From the NCBI RefSeq assembly GCF_009914755.1, contig NC_060933.1: a DNA stretch of 64,000 nucleotides; one strand, 5' to 3'. A program made the translations under genes and the position numbers. Each line of letters begins with the position of its first letter. Position 1 is the first letter of the stretch. Below are positions 21,150-38,852 of the stretch, in pieces. Source of the DNA: the human T2T-CHM13v2.0 reference genome, Homo sapiens. The notes under the pieces are model-generated. The model was not told the DNA's origin. It did not search any database and worked only from the letters and a program-made list of their open reading frames with translations.

Positions 21150-22560
21150 CTCCTTTGGGAACATCGAGTGGTTTAAAGTGAAGCAAAGGTTTCAAGTGGG
21201 CAAAAGGGGTCTTTGAGGAGGGAGGGGAAAGGCAGGAGCTAGATTCATGGCTCCATACTGGAACGATATTGAGCTATTGAAGAGTTTAAAAGAGGGATAG
21301 CATCATCAGTTTTGTGTCTAGAAAGTTTGCTTTATGTTTATATAGATGTATGGAAGAGAATTGACGGTGGTGAACTAAAGGTGGGAAAATCAGCAAAGAC
21401 TCTTGGGGTGGTTGAAGAAAAGAACGACAGAAGTCACTCGGGATAGTAGTAGTTGGTATGGAGACTAGAGAATGGATATGAAAGATGCTCAGGATGTTGA
21501 ATTGACTACAAAGGTCACCACTTAGAAGTGGAGAGTAAGAGAGGGTAGGCTTGGGAAGGCTCTTGGGATTCTGATGTTGGCCTTGCAGTAGAGGATGGGC
21601 TTGGTGTGTAGGAGATGCTTTCACTTTTCACTTCTTTCTCCACCTTTACCCTGGTAAAAGGTAGCTCCCACTGTTCTTGTTCTAAAGGGTTTTGTGGTCC
21701 TCTCTGCTTCCCTTTATTGCAGCACCTGACCTGTGGTATAATAACCGCCTGTGTACTTGTTCTTTCCTGCACTTGTAAGCTCTTTGAGGATTAGCTGTGG
21801 TCAGTGCTGGCCACAAAGAGGCAAGCTAAACTGTGGATGGATTGAATGAATAAGGACCAAGACTGGGATAGAGAAGCAGATTTTGGAGGACAGATTCGTT
21901 TTTATCCTTGTTAAGTTTTAGATTCATTATTGTCTCTATACAGCTTTATATTCATCTTCAAATGACTGTGCCTAGCAGACTGGACTGAGATTCATGAGAG
22001 AGAGGCCCATGTAGCATTTTTCCGAGGTGTATTGGGAAGGACAGTTGAGGCCAGCATGGATGAAATCTCCCATAGTGTCTGTGTTTGGTGGAAAGGGAAG
22101 ATAACTGCAGAAAGAGACTTGCAGCATACCAATAGTGGAGGGGTTCGCTGAGGAATAGGGGCATGGAAAGGAGTTCCAGAGAGTGCAGTGACCATCAGAG
22201 AGTGAGGAGGGGCTAGTTGCCCACCACCCACAAAAGCTGTGCCTGGAGAGGCTTTTCTGGTTTCAGAGGCTGCAGAAGGGTTGGTAAGAGGACTAAAAAC
22301 AACATATTGATTGTAGCAATTAAAAAGTTACTGGCAACTTTTTCTGGAGTGATTTCAATCCATTGGTGGAGGCAGACATCAGATTGCAGATGAAGATTTG
22401 AGTCAGGAGGTGAACTAACAAAGAAACCCCGTTCTCTGTTGGGGTTTGTCTGTGAGAGGCTGGGGAGAGAAGGCTGTAGCTTGGGTGAGTCTGGGAGGGG
22501 ACATGACATACAGGAAGCCTTTGAAAGTTATATGGGAGAAATTTGAGCATCTGTAGGCAG
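21150..22560. mobile_element. L2 fragments
   Basis: Purine-rich degenerate L2 sequence (catcagttttgtgtctagaaag; ggtggaggcagacatcagattgcag; gttatatgggagaaatttgagc). Confidence 0.45.
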
Positions 22561-23587
22561 TGAGGAAGAAGCTCATGGAAGATATTTAATTTGAATGTTT
22601 TTTTTTTCTTTCTTTCAAAGCCAGCATGCAGATGTTACTATAGCCTGGCAATATGCTAAATTCTTACATTTAGTGGCTTATTGGATCCCCATCACAATGC
22701 AGTTGGTTAGGTAATGTTACCCCATTTTACTGATGGGGAAGCAGAGGCCTCATTTAAGTAACTTTCCTGAGGTCACACAGCTACTAAGTGGAGGAGGCAT
22801 GTGGGAGGGATTAAAATCCAGTTATTGTTCCTGGTCCTGAGGAGAAAATAAAAATCCAGTTAGGTCTGTTATGTCCTGCCTCAGCCTCCCAAGTAGCTGG
22901 GACTACGGGTACATGCCACCATGCCTGGCTAATTTTTTTTGTATTATTAGTAGAGACAGGGTTTCACCATGTTGGCCAGGCTCGTTGTGAACTCCTGACC
23001 TCCAGTGGTCCACCCACCTTGGCCTCCCAAAGTGGTGAGATTACAGGTGTGAGCCACCACACTCGGCCCACTGTATTCTTTATAGCAAAAGAAAAGAGGA
23101 AAAAAAAATCCTTTTGGTCTAGGATCCAAGGCACTCTGTTCCAGAACTATCTCCTTGAGTCTGCTCTTCCATTCCTACCCCTGGCCTCAGCAGGCAGGTG
23201 GAACAAGATGGAGTGGTGATCGGAATGGGATGAAACGGATGAAATAAAAGCTGCTTGGACTTGTGAGAGAGAAATGAGTCCTGGCTTAGGCAAAAATGGT
23301 CAGGAGGCTCAGGGAGTTTCTTTGCTGTGTTGCTTTCTAAGCTGGGGCCCAGGCCTGGGGGGCCCTTTCAAGCCCTCTTGTGGTTCAATAACTGGGTAGA
23401 TGTGCTAACGATTAATGGAGAGTTGTGGAGGTGGCCTGCGACTTCCCTTTTCCTCCCCAGTTTAGAACCATTTGAGAAGGATGAAGTTAGATGAAAAGTC
23501 AGAGTATTAGGAGCTTTGCTGTTGATAAAGCTAAGATTGGAGAACGTGGTCCTCTTCTCCTTTCCCTCCAGTCTGGCCCTTCATGCC

Positions 23588-24353
<766 letters not shown>

Positions 24354-26104
24354 ATGCCCAGCCAAAGCAGTGTGCAGAGCAGAAGCTTGCTTGGCTCCTG
24401 TGAGGCCACACCCAGTGTGCTGAGTGTTGGGATTGAAAGGCCAGACTCCATCACCTCAGGTAGGGCCCAGAATCCTTCTTTTTCTAGCCAGAGACATAGT
24501 CTGCTAACTGTGAGTGCTTAGGTTCCTAGAGGGCTGTGTTTTAAAGTAGATACTGAACTGTTCTCTTCAGAGGCAGCAGTGCACATCAGTTCTGTGGCAG
24601 GCTTTGTTGGAGAAACTAATACACAATGAGAGCTGTCAGTTTTTACTCCTCCCACAGAAGTTGTTTAAGAGAATACAAGTCAGAAACAGGTGTAGACAGG
24701 GAAGGAAGGCAATGTTGGATAGAGTATTACATTTGGCCGGAAAGCATCAGACTTGGTTTCTTTTTTATTACCAAATAAAGACACGTTCTCATTAGAACAA
24801 GGAGAGTAGATGTTTGTCCTTTATCATAATGTAAAAATTTTCAGAAACAAACATGGGTTGTTATATGAGTTAGTGCTGGACTTTATTCAATGGAAAGGTC
24901 TTTAGCTTATTAAAAAAATTCTTAGGGTACTTGCTATAAATATCGTTTTTGCTTTAGGTGGTCTCAGAAACATTGAAGACCAGCTCTGTGGAAGCAAGAT
25001 AACAGTTGCCTTCAGAGATAGTATTGTCATTCACTTTGTGGACTCAGTCAAAAGAAGGGTAGCATTTAAAAAAATGATTATCACCTTCAGCTAAAAATCA
25101 TAGTGGTGCTTGTTTTAAGATATACCTATTTTCCTGTGACTTGGAAACATTACTGGAAGAACATTTTAAACTTCTGTTTCTTCTTGGTTCAGAAAAATAA
25201 AGGTAAAAGAGAAACAAGAGGGACTGGGGATTTAATTGTAGCATGATTAAGTTTAGTAATGATAAATATAGATTAGGAAGAACTCAAGGAACAGAACATT
25301 TATTAATATAAATACCTTTTAAATGTAATGAATGTAAGTAGGCACCTCCCAGAAAAAGAAATGCAAATGGCTATGTGTGTTCAAAAATGATCACTGTCAC
25401 TAAGAATCAAATAAATGAAACTTAACCATACTTTTTTGCCCATCATATTGGCAAAGATCTGGGTGGTGTAGTGAAAGTTAACTTTTTAGATTATTTAACA
25501 TATTTAAAATTTTATGATTATCCTATATTAACTTCCAAGATTGAAAAAGGTCTAAAACCTAAGCTATCTAGGTCTTTAATCTATGTATCTGATTTGTAGG
25601 TAGAAATAGTTTTGTGTAATCAAGGGAGTAGTGATGGTAGAAACTGGCAGAGTATATTTCCTAGACCAGTTAGCAAACTAGGTCAAGGTCTAGGTTTAAT
25701 TCTAGTAGCCACTAATTTGCTGCATGTCTTAACAATTTCTGTGCCTCAATTTCTTGTCAGAGCCATTTTTCATTTGTTTGTTTTTTGAGACGGAGTCTTT
25801 ATCTGTTGCCCAGGCTAGAGTGCAGTGGCACCGTCTTGGCTCACTGCAACCTCCGCCCCCGGGGTTCAAGTGAGTCTTGTGCCTCAGCCTCCCTAGTAGC
25901 TCGGATCACAGGCACGCACCACCACACCTGGCTAATTTTTGTATTTTTAGTAGAGACAGGGTTTTGCCATGTTGGCCAGGCTGGTCTCAAATTCCTGACC
26001 TCAGGTCATCTGCCTGCCTAGGCCTCCCAAGGTGCTGGGATTACAGGCGTGAGCCACCACGCCCAGGCCCAGAGCCATTCTTCTGTTGCTTAGACCAGAA
26101 ATCT

Positions 26105-27575
26105 TGATTCGTATTTCTCTTACTTCTGTCAAGAAATTTTGTTCAGAATGTATTTGCAATCTACAATCTGAGCATTTCCCTCTGCCCATCATGGTCCAAG
26201 CTGCCGTCTTAACTTGCCTGGGTTAGTGTAAATTGCCTCCTTGTCGACCTCCCTGCTTCCAGCCTTGTCCTTTTTGACACAAGAGCCAGAATGTGATTTA
26301 CAATATGTGAGCCAGCTCATTTCTCTGCTTCAGATGGTCCAGAAAAGTTTCTTTAGAGACAGCCATTATCTCCTTAAAGGGGAATGGATGTTTGAGTACC
26401 AAGAACTGGATAACTAAGAGGGGGAGGAACCCCAGGATCAGTTCCCATCTCATGCAGAGTAAATGCCAAACTCCTTTTCTCCCCAGTTTCATTTCTCACC
26501 ATTCTCCTCCTTGCTTACTGAGTTCCAGCCACACGCATCTCTTTGCTGTTCCTTGAAGAGTCCGATAGTCTCTTTCCTTGTTGTTCCTTCAGCCTAAAAT
26601 GTTCTTCTTCCAGATATCTGTATGATTAATTCCCTCCTTCAGCCCTTTGTTCCTCCGAAGTACCTTCCCTTGCCTACCCTGTATAAAATAGCCACCCCTC
26701 CCCTTTGCAGTCTATCCCCTTACCCTTGGTTCTTCTTCATAGCATGTACTTTTTATTGTCTGTTTCATTCCATTAGTGTCAGGACTTTGTTCCCTGGTGA
26801 ATGACTGCCCAGCAGTTAGGCATACAATAACTATTTGTTGAATGACTCAGTGATTTCCTTTTTCCTATTGGCTTTTTCCTCTGCCTAGGGAAATGCTCGG
26901 GCCACCCTTGTTCTTTAGCCTGTCGAAGATGAACACTGCCTTCTGTGTACCAAATGTTTCTACAAAGGTGATCTGTGGGCTTCTACCCTGTTCTCACTGC
27001 CCAGATTTTTCTGTTGCATTATTCTTTACCAGTCATGCAAGTGAATCTGTTTTCTAAGTAACTTTTCTGTGTTTGGGACTACTGCTTTCCTTTTCCTGAA
27101 TTTGGTATCATTATGTAAATATGTTAACAATTTGGCACTTACTCCTTCATTCAGCTGGCAAATAATTATTGCAGCAGATACTGTGAGCCAGGCTGGGGTG
27201 CCAGACTGTATGCTAGGGCTTAAAGAGGTGGCGAGCCGGCATTTCCCTGGAGGAGCTGATGGCTCAGTGGGTGGTTGGAAGTGCCAGCAGTTGGGACAGG
27301 CAACTGCTATAATGAACGCAGAGGGGGAGTTGGGAACACGGTGATGGGTCAGGCAGGCCTGTTCCAGAGGATTAGGAATCTCAGGGGTGTGCAGGAGTTT
27401 GTCAGGTGAGGAAGCAGGCAGAGGCTGCTGTGAGGGGAAGGAATACCGTGCAGAAACACAGAAAGCTTTGCTTGTTTACAGAAGCACAAGTCAGTGAGTA
27501 TTGTTGGAGTGTAAAGTACAGTGCAGACAGTGATGATGGACGAGGCCATAGTAGTTAGGTGAGGGCCAGATCCAG
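26105..27575. mobile_element. L2 fragments (both orientations)
   Basis: ccagccacacgcatctctttgctgttccttgaa...cttccagatatctg...caataactatttgttgaatga, then ttcattcag...tgtgctaggg. Confidence 0.55.
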
Positions 27576-27599
27576 ATTTTTGTTTTTTTTTTTTTTTGA

Positions 27600-28085
<486 letters not shown>

Positions 28086-28529
28086 TAGAGACAGGGTTTC
28101 GCCATGTTGCCCAGGCTGGTCTCCAACTCCTGGACTCGAGTGATCTGCCTGCCTCGACCTCTCAAAGTGCTGGGATTACAGGTGTGAGCCACCGTGCCTG
28201 GACCAGATCCAGATGCTTCTAAAGGACTGTGTGTATACTATATAGAGTGAGGCTGCTATCCTGAAGCCCATGAATTTGGGGGTATGTACCTGTCTACACG
28301 TGAACAGAGGCAGGTAGGAATGTAGCCTGGAAGGTTTTTCCCTGTTGCAGGCCCCCTCCCTGAGGCAGGGAGAATTCAGAATATTTTCTACCATGTGTTA
28401 ATATATTTTTGTGCAGATTATTTTCTCCTTTGGATTGTAAGTTCCTAAAGGGTGGTGAGGTTTAAATTTTATGTATCTCCTACTTCCTCATGTGTGCATT
28501 GTGAGATAGATGCTCATTTAAACTTTCTA

Positions 28530-28850
<321 letters not shown>

Positions 28851-29466
28851 TCACTCACTGCAAGCTCCGCCTCCTGGATTCATGCCATTCTCCTGCCTCA
28901 GCCTCCTGAGTAACTTGGACTACAGGTGCCTGCCACCACACCTGGCTAATTTTTTTTTTTTTGTATTTTTTAGTAGAGATGGGGTTTCACCGTGTTAGCC
29001 AGGATGGTCTCCATCTCCTGACCTCAACTGATCCGCCCGCCTCGGCCTCCCAGAGTGCGGGGATTATAGGCATGAGCCCTAGCCCTGGCCAGCCCTGCTC
29101 TGTTTTAACCTGTTACTATCTCATGACGTTTCACCCTTTTATCTGCCCCATCCCTCATTTCTAATTTTTCTGTCAGGCAGATTAAATTCAGCAAAAAAAA
29201 AAAAAAAAAAAAAGAGGAAAACTTTTTTCCAGGAGGATTTGTTGTTTGTGCTGTCAGATGCCAGGTCCTAATGGATTTAGAAGAAGGTTGGGGTGGGACT
29301 CCTTCCTGAGGCAGCCACTTTAGTGCTTCTTACTTACCTTTACATTCTGTGTGCCTGTCTCATGATAGGTGCTCAATAAATGTTTGCTGAAGGAATCATC
29401 CTGTTTATTGACAGCGAGATTAAGCCTGTGTTTTCATAGTAAAACCTGCCTACTTTCCTACTTTGA

Positions 29467-29862
<396 letters not shown>

Positions 29863-30710
29863 TGAACTCCTGGCCTCAAGTGATATGCCCGCCTCCAAAG
29901 TGTTGGGATTACAGGTGTGAACTATCACTCCCAGCCCTTGTGTACATTTTTATATTGAAGTTTGTTCAGCCTCTAGACAGTTTGGAAGGTGAAGACAGAC
30001 CTCATCCCTTTCTGTCTCCATCGTCATTCTTTTCCGTGTTTTGCCTGGTGCCTGGCGATTTTGCTGAATGGATGGCTTGTTAATTACTGTAGGAAGGCAT
30101 GATATGACAATCTGTAAGCACACCTGAGTAAACTAACGATTTTTAACATTCTCTACTCAGCCTAGACTAGGCCTTTGTACAGGTACGTATGTGAGTGAGA
30201 GTCTGTTTCAGAACTGGTATATAGAAGCAACATCTTTTGTAAACTTGCAAGGTTAGAAAATTCATTTTTACGGCCAGACACAGTGGCTCATGCCTGTAAT
30301 CCCAGCACTTTGGGAGGCCAAGGCGGGTGGATCACCTGAGGTCGGGAGTTCGAGACCGGCCTGACCAACATGGAGAAACCCCATTTTTACTAAAAATACA
30401 AAATTACCTGGGTGTGGTAGCCCATGCCTGTAATCCGAGCTACCCGGAAGGCTGAGGCAGGAGAATCACTGGAACCCGGGAGGTCGAGGCTGTGGTGTGC
30501 CGAGATTGCGCCATTTCACTCCAGCCTGGGCAACAGGAGTAAAACTCCGTCTCAAAAAGAAAAAGAGAAAAGGAAAATTTATTTTTACGTCTGGGCTCGG
30601 TAGCTCACATCTGTAAATCCCAGCACTTTGGGAGGCAGAGGCTGGCGGATTGGCTGAGGTCAGGAGTTCTAGATCAGCCTGGCTAACATGGTGAAACTCC
30701 ATCTCTACTA

Positions 30711-31198
<488 letters not shown>

Positions 31199-31519
31199 TG
31201 AGCCATCGCACCCGGCCTAGAAAATTTATTTTTACTTGGAAGGGTTTTGAGGAGGCTAACAGTATAGTCAGATCAGTGGTTCTCTACCTGGCATAGGGAA
31301 CTTGGCAAGAGGAATGACTAGAGGCCCTTGTTTGTTCAGGGGTTCAGGCAGAGATGAGGGAGTCTCCCTGAGACTGGTAGAAGGGAATGGGAAGTGACTG
31401 AAAGAGAAGGGTTCCTGCTGGGGGAGCTGACATACTATTTGTTAAAAATGACCTAAAGCATATAATAATTCAGTTCTGTTGACCCTACTGTCTTCTCTCC
31501 AGACACTGCCCTAACCATC

Positions 31520-31663
31520 ATGGAGGTGGCCGAGGTGGAAAGTCCTCTGAACCCCAGCTGTAAGATAATGACCTTCAGACCCTCCATGGAGGAGTTCCGG
31601 GAGTTCAACAAATACCTTGCATACATGGAGTCTAAAGGAGCCCATCGTGCGGGTCTTGCAAAG
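31520..31663 (+). CDS. KDM4C: KDM4C first coding exon (exon starts at 31503 with 17 nt of 5'UTR); codons 1-48, most of the JmjN domain
   Basis: Manual translation [48 protein letters not shown] matches the KDM4C N-terminus. Pyrimidine tract plus AG at 31501-31502, strong Kozak (A at -3, G at +4), donor AAG|GTGATT at 31664. 144 coding nt, phase 0. Not in the ORF track. Confidence 0.97.
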
Positions 31664-32089
31664 GTGATTATCCTTCGATGCTTTAAATGAAAAACAATCA
31701 CTTGGCCTTTAATTTATGTTCTTAGTTTTCACGATTTGGGACATTGTTTCTGAAGGAAGAAATTTGCAAAATCTTTGTTCTCGTTAATCCATGTGAAACA
31801 TTTGATTTCTTCAAATAGTAATTGTCTTATTTTTCCTTCAAGTATAACTATTCATACTAGGTTGTCTTCTAAGGCTTAAAAAAAAAAAATCAAAACCAAC
31901 CAAGGGTGGCTGATGGAAACCAAGGAGATCCATGTATGGGTTTCAGAGGTGTGAGAGTATTCATAGTTTTTGTCAGTTTTTTTGTAGACAACAATTATTA
32001 ACCTGAAGGTTAACCACAATTTCTCTCTCCTATCCTTTTTCTTTCCTTCTATGTTTTTTCTTTTCTTTCTTTCTTTTTTTTTTTTTTGA

Positions 32090-32440
<351 letters not shown>

Positions 32441-33698
32441 TAAAGTGTGCAATTCAGTGATTTTGAGTATATTCACAGAATTGTGCAATCATTACCGCTA
32501 TAGAATTCTGTAACATTTTCATCATCCCCCAAAGAAACTTCATATGCATTAAGCAGTCATTCTCCATTCCCTGCTATCACCCCCAGCCCATAGGCAACCA
32601 CAAACTGACTTATTCTCTCTCTACATTTGCCTATTCTCTTTTCTTTCTGGTTATTTGTTCAACAAATGTGGAGATTGCCTGCTATGTGCCAGACACTATG
32701 CCAGGTGCTAGAGGTAGGGATATGGGGGAGCAGAACAGACGATGTTCCTGCCCCCATGGAGCTTACATTCTAGTTGTAGCATCTTAGAATGATGAAATAA
32801 GGACATTTAAGCACAGATCCAAAGGATAAAAATAAACCAGTCTTTTCAAGATATGGGGACAGAAAGAATAGCAAGTCCAGCGGCCTGGAGGCTGACCTGT
32901 ACTTTGTGGCTGGGAGGAATAGGAAGGTGGTCAGTGGACTTGTCTGGCTATGGTAAGGCATTTGGGATTTTAAGTGTAGAGGGAAGCACTGACAGGCTTA
33001 AAGTGGGAGAGGAAGATATGGTGGCTGTTTGTTTCTTTCTTTTGCTATTTTTGGGACATTATTTTGAAAAGATCACACTGGCTCCTACATGAAGAATGAA
33101 TTGGTGTTGTGGGGGCAGAGCACAAATAAAGCACCTTGTCTGGGATAGTTATATTTATCTAGTGAAGAGCCAATGGTGACCCAGACCAGTGAAGATGGGA
33201 GAAGTTGTCTTTGGTCTGGATATGTTTGAAAATATCATCTTATCTTATTCTTACGGGTGCCAGATAATATTCTTAAAAAAAAATGGTAGTGACTTAAGCC
33301 TTGTGGGTGTAAGTGACATGCCCCGAGTCATAGGGGTGGTCAGTGAGGTGCTGAGAACTCATTGCACATTTGGATGCATAGGTCCAAAGTAAGATCTTTG
33401 AAAGAGAGATCCACTATATGATATAATTCATCGTCCAACTTGAGATGGTTTGTGTGTCCCTTCTATAACGTAAGTCTATTTTAATTAAAAAATTTCCCAT
33501 GGAAGAATATATTTCATTGCACTTGTTTCAATTTATTATTGTTCTAAATGTTAAATTTATAATCTGGGTTTCTGTAGACTTGTCAATATCACTGCATAAA
33601 TCCCTGAGTCCTGACAGAGTCTGCTGCCAGGCCGAACCACTCAGTTGCACTTATGTAAAGGGTTCTCCTTGAAATCCCCAGCTATGGAGGTCAGATAG

Positions 33699-34100
<402 letters not shown>

Positions 34101-34195
34101 TGATCTGCCTTCCTTGGCCTCCCAAAATGCTGGGATTATAGGCATGAGCCACCGTGCCCGGACATGTATCTTGTTAAAGTTCATGCCCTTCCTAG

Positions 34196-34411
<216 letters not shown>

Positions 34412-36783
34412 TAGGCTGGTCTCGAACACCAGGACTCAAGTGGTCTGCCCGCTTTGGCCTCCCAAATTGCTGGAATTATAAGCATCAGCCACTGCCCCTG
34501 GCCCCTTCCTAGAAAAGTTTTAAAATTTGGGAATATTAAGTTGAGTGAAAATTAATTAGGGGTGGGTGAGAGAGAGAGGAAACAAGATAAAGAGAAAACA
34601 AACAGAAACTAAAGCTTCGTAATGACTTTCTCAGATGAGCTATCCTTAGTTTAACTTCTTTATTGGGTTAGCTCATCAAAAAAAAATCTCATTTGGGCCG
34701 GGTGTGGGGCTCACGCCTGCAATCCCAGCACTCTGGGAGGCCGAGGTGGGTGGATCACTTGAGGTCAGGAGTTCGAGACCAGCCTGGCCAACATGGTGAA
34801 ACCCCATCTCTACCAAAAATACAAATTTTAGCCGGGCTTGGAGGTGGGCGCCTGTAGTCCCAGCTAATCGGGAGGCTGAGCCAGGATAATCACTTGAACC
34901 CGGGAGGTGGAGGGCAGAGGTTGGGGATAACCATCTCTTCTCTTCTCTGGGCTCTGAATGCAGCCGTTTGTCCTGTTCTCTCCCACTTTTGTTTCCGGAA
35001 AACATGTACTGTGTTCCACTGAAATTAGTGGAGTGTCTTGTGAGGTAGGGTGGCACGTTCAGTAACTTTAGAAGAGGAAACAGCAGCTACCCTCACAAGG
35101 GAGCTGCATGCACACAGAGCACACCTGCGTCGCTGTCTGCATTATGTAACTGAATAAAGTTAATGAGAACTATGATTACAAAACACACCTGAGTCCAGAC
35201 CGTGCCTCATTTTTAAAATTGAGACTCATTGACAAAGTTGGAGACATTAATTTACTCAATCCTGTGATAATTTCCTATTACTCATTATTAGGAATACAAC
35301 GAACTGTTTCAAATCATTTTTGCCATCTTTGACGTCAAGTCACATAAGCTCAGTTTTACTTACTTTCCCTCTTGTTCTGGAAGTTGCAGTAGTAGCATAT
35401 GTATAAAACTGTACCGAATCAAATCATATTATAAAAATCAAGACTGCATTAATGAAGCTGGTTTGCTTTGGGGGCTAGTCCTGGGGAACCGAGCCACCCA
35501 TGATGTTCTTTGTTAATGCACTATTTTTTTTTTTTTTTGAGACAGGGTCTTGCCCTGTTAGGCTGGGTGGTGTGATCGTGGCTCACTGCAGCCTTGACCT
35601 CCCAGGCTCAAGCAAGTAGCCTCCCAAGTAGCTGGGACTCAGCCTCCCAAGTAGCTGGGACTACCCACGCCTGGGTAATTTTTTTTATTTTTTGTTTTTT
35701 GTAGAGATGGGGTCTGCTGTGTTACCCAGAGTGGTCTTGAACTCCTGAGCTCAAGTGCTTCTCCCACCTTGGCCTCCCAAAGTGCTGGGATTACAGGCAT
35801 GAGCCACTGTGCCTGGCCCGTTAATCCACTATTGACAAGATTTAATGAATTGGTCTTAATTTATGATTTGAAGAAATTGGTCGAGTAGGTGCAACAGTAG
35901 TGACTTTAGCTTCAGATGACAGTCTGTCTTGGTTTTTCTCTTTCCCATTTTTTAGATTCATGCTTTAAATTTAACATTTATTTTTTGAGTGGAAGGTTTG
36001 ACACTTTGACTGTCTACAAAGTTGATGGTCAGGTTGCGAAAGTGAAAAGAGTGGCAGTCTCTTCACATGTAAAACTTGTACTGTTTTTGTGGAAGGAGAT
36101 TATGATGAACTTTTTTTATATATGAAGTGGGTGAAATTGGTCCCCAACAGAAATCTGAACATAGATTGTCCTGGACTGTAGCTTATGCACATCATGTAGT
36201 TTTATGAACAGCCTAGAGAGTGCAAATAGCTATCTTTGCTCACAAGGTGAAGAAAGATTATAAGAAGCACCACTCTTTCTCTTCCTCCTCCTTGCTCACT
36301 AGGTAGATGGTAGAAATTGCAATTTATTTCAAGGCAAGTAGTGCAAATGCACATTTTAGCAGAAAGTTTCCCACAGGGAATAGGGGCCAGGCTGGGTTTG
36401 TGGGGTTGTTGATAAAAGAAGGTATATTCTGTTTTGATATAATCAGGAAGGTGAACTTCAGAAGGAATGGCTTTCCCTCATTTAGATTCACTAAACATAA
36501 AGATTTAACTTTGGAATCTTTTAAAGATCTCAGTATGTTGTGTTTCCCTATGCAAGAAAATCTGATGTCTTAGGATTTCAAATTATAGTTAAAATAAGAT
36601 TTTTGTTATAGAGCTGAACTTCCGAAAATATATTCCATTTGAACTCTTTAATTTAAATGAACTTGTACACAAAAAGCACAAGGTAATATTTGGATTTTTG
36701 TAAGTTTATTGTGTGCCTTGCTTCTCTGTCTTTAGAAAATTGCTGCAAAATATTTTATAGGCAAGCAACTTCCTTTTTTCTTT

Positions 36784-38120
36784 CTTTCTTTTTTTTTTTT
36801 TATTGATCATTCTTGGATGTTTCTCGCAGAGGGGGATTTGGCAGGGTCATAGGACAATAGTGGAGGGAAGGAGGGAAGGTCAGCAGATAAACAAGTGAAC
36901 AAAGGTCTCTGGTTTTCCTAGGCAGAGTGTTTGTGTCCCTGGGTACTTGAGATTATGGAGTGGTGATGACTCTTAACGAGCATGCTGCCTTCAAGCATCT
37001 GTTTAACAAAGCACATCTTGCACCGCCCTTAATCCATTTAACCCTGAGTGGACACAGCACATGTTTCAGAGAGCACAGGGTTGGGGGTAAGGTCATAGAT
37101 CAACAGGATCCCAAGGCAGAAGAATTTTTCTTAGTATAGAACAAAATGAAAAGTCTCCCATGTCTACTTCTTTCCACACAGACACAGCAACCATCCGATT
37201 TCTCAGTCTTTTCCCCACCTTTCCCCCTTTTCTATTCCACAAAACCGCCATTGTCATCATGGCCCGTTCTCAATGAGCTGTTGGGTACACCTCCCAGACG
37301 GGGTGGTGGCTGGGCAGAGGGGCTCCTCACTTCCCCGTAGGGGCGGCCGGGCAGAGGCGCCCCTCACTTCTCAGACGGGGCGGCTGCCGGGCGGAGGGTC
37401 TCCTCACTTCTCAGACGGGGCGGCCGGGCAGAGACGTTCCTCACCTCCCAGACGGGGTCGCGGTCGGGTCGAGGCGCTCCTCACATCCCAGACGATGGGT
37501 GGCCGGGAAGAGGCGCTCCTCACTTCCTAGGTGGGATGGCGGCCGGGCAGAGACGCTCCTCACTTTCCAGACTGGGCATCCAGGCAGAGGGGCTCCTCAC
37601 GTCCCAGACGATGGGCGGCCAGGCAGAGACGCTCCTCACTTCCCAGACGGGGTGGCGGCCGGGCAGAGGCTGCAATCTCGGCACTTTGGGAGGCCAAGGC
37701 AGGCGGCTGGGAGATGGAGGTTGTAGCGACGCGAGATCACGCCACTGCACTCCAGCCTGGGCACCATTGAGCACTGAGTTAAGGAGACTCTGTCTGCAAT
37801 CCCGGCATCTTGGGAGGCCGAGGCTGGCGGATCACTCGCGGTTAGGAGCTGGAGACCAGCCCGGCCAACACAGCGAAACCCCGTCTCCACCAAAAAAATA
37901 CGAAAACCAGTCAGGAGTGGCGGCGCGCGTCTGCAATCGCAGGCACTCTGCAGGCTGAGGCAGGAGAATCAGGCAGGGAGGTTGCAGTGAGCCAAGATGG
38001 CAGCAGCACAGTCCAACTTCGGCTTGGCATGAGAGGGAGACCGTGGAAAGGGGAGACAGGAGAGGGATGAGAGGGAGACCGTGGAAAGGGGAGACGGGAG
38101 ACGGGAGACGGGAGAGGGCT
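36784..38120 (-). mobile_element. SVA retrotransposon (SVA_D-like, short VNTR), antisense to KDM4C
   Basis: Poly(T) tail and TTTATT (AATAAA on -) at ~36784-36804, SINE-R ~36802-37290, GC-rich VNTR ~37290-37670, Alu-like domain ~37670-38050, degenerate hexamer region to ~38118. Probable TSD CTTTTTTCTTT at 36773-36783 and 38121-38131. Confidence 0.95.
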
Positions 38121-38418
38121 CTTTTTTCTTTTCTTTTTTTTTTTTTTTTTACAAAACAGAAAAACATTTAATTCTACACATAATATTAATTTTGATTGTG
38201 GATATCTTTATTGCTAATGAAGAGCCTGAATAAATCTATGTTCCATTTTTTTATTATTCTGGCTTATTTCCGAGGAAAAAAGTTAGTTTTTATAACATTC
38301 TTAAATATAGTGCCCCTCCCCTTTCAATATGTCATCAAAATAGTAAGGTTATTCATATTCATATGAATGTAGTAAGGTTATTCATATTCATATAGTCTGA
38401 TTGTTCATATTCTTTTCA

Positions 38419-38852
<434 letters not shown>

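Noticed and set aside
31453-31701. 82-aa minus-strand ORF over the ATG exon
   Set aside because: Antisense shadow of the real KDM4C exon, with a non-ATG start.
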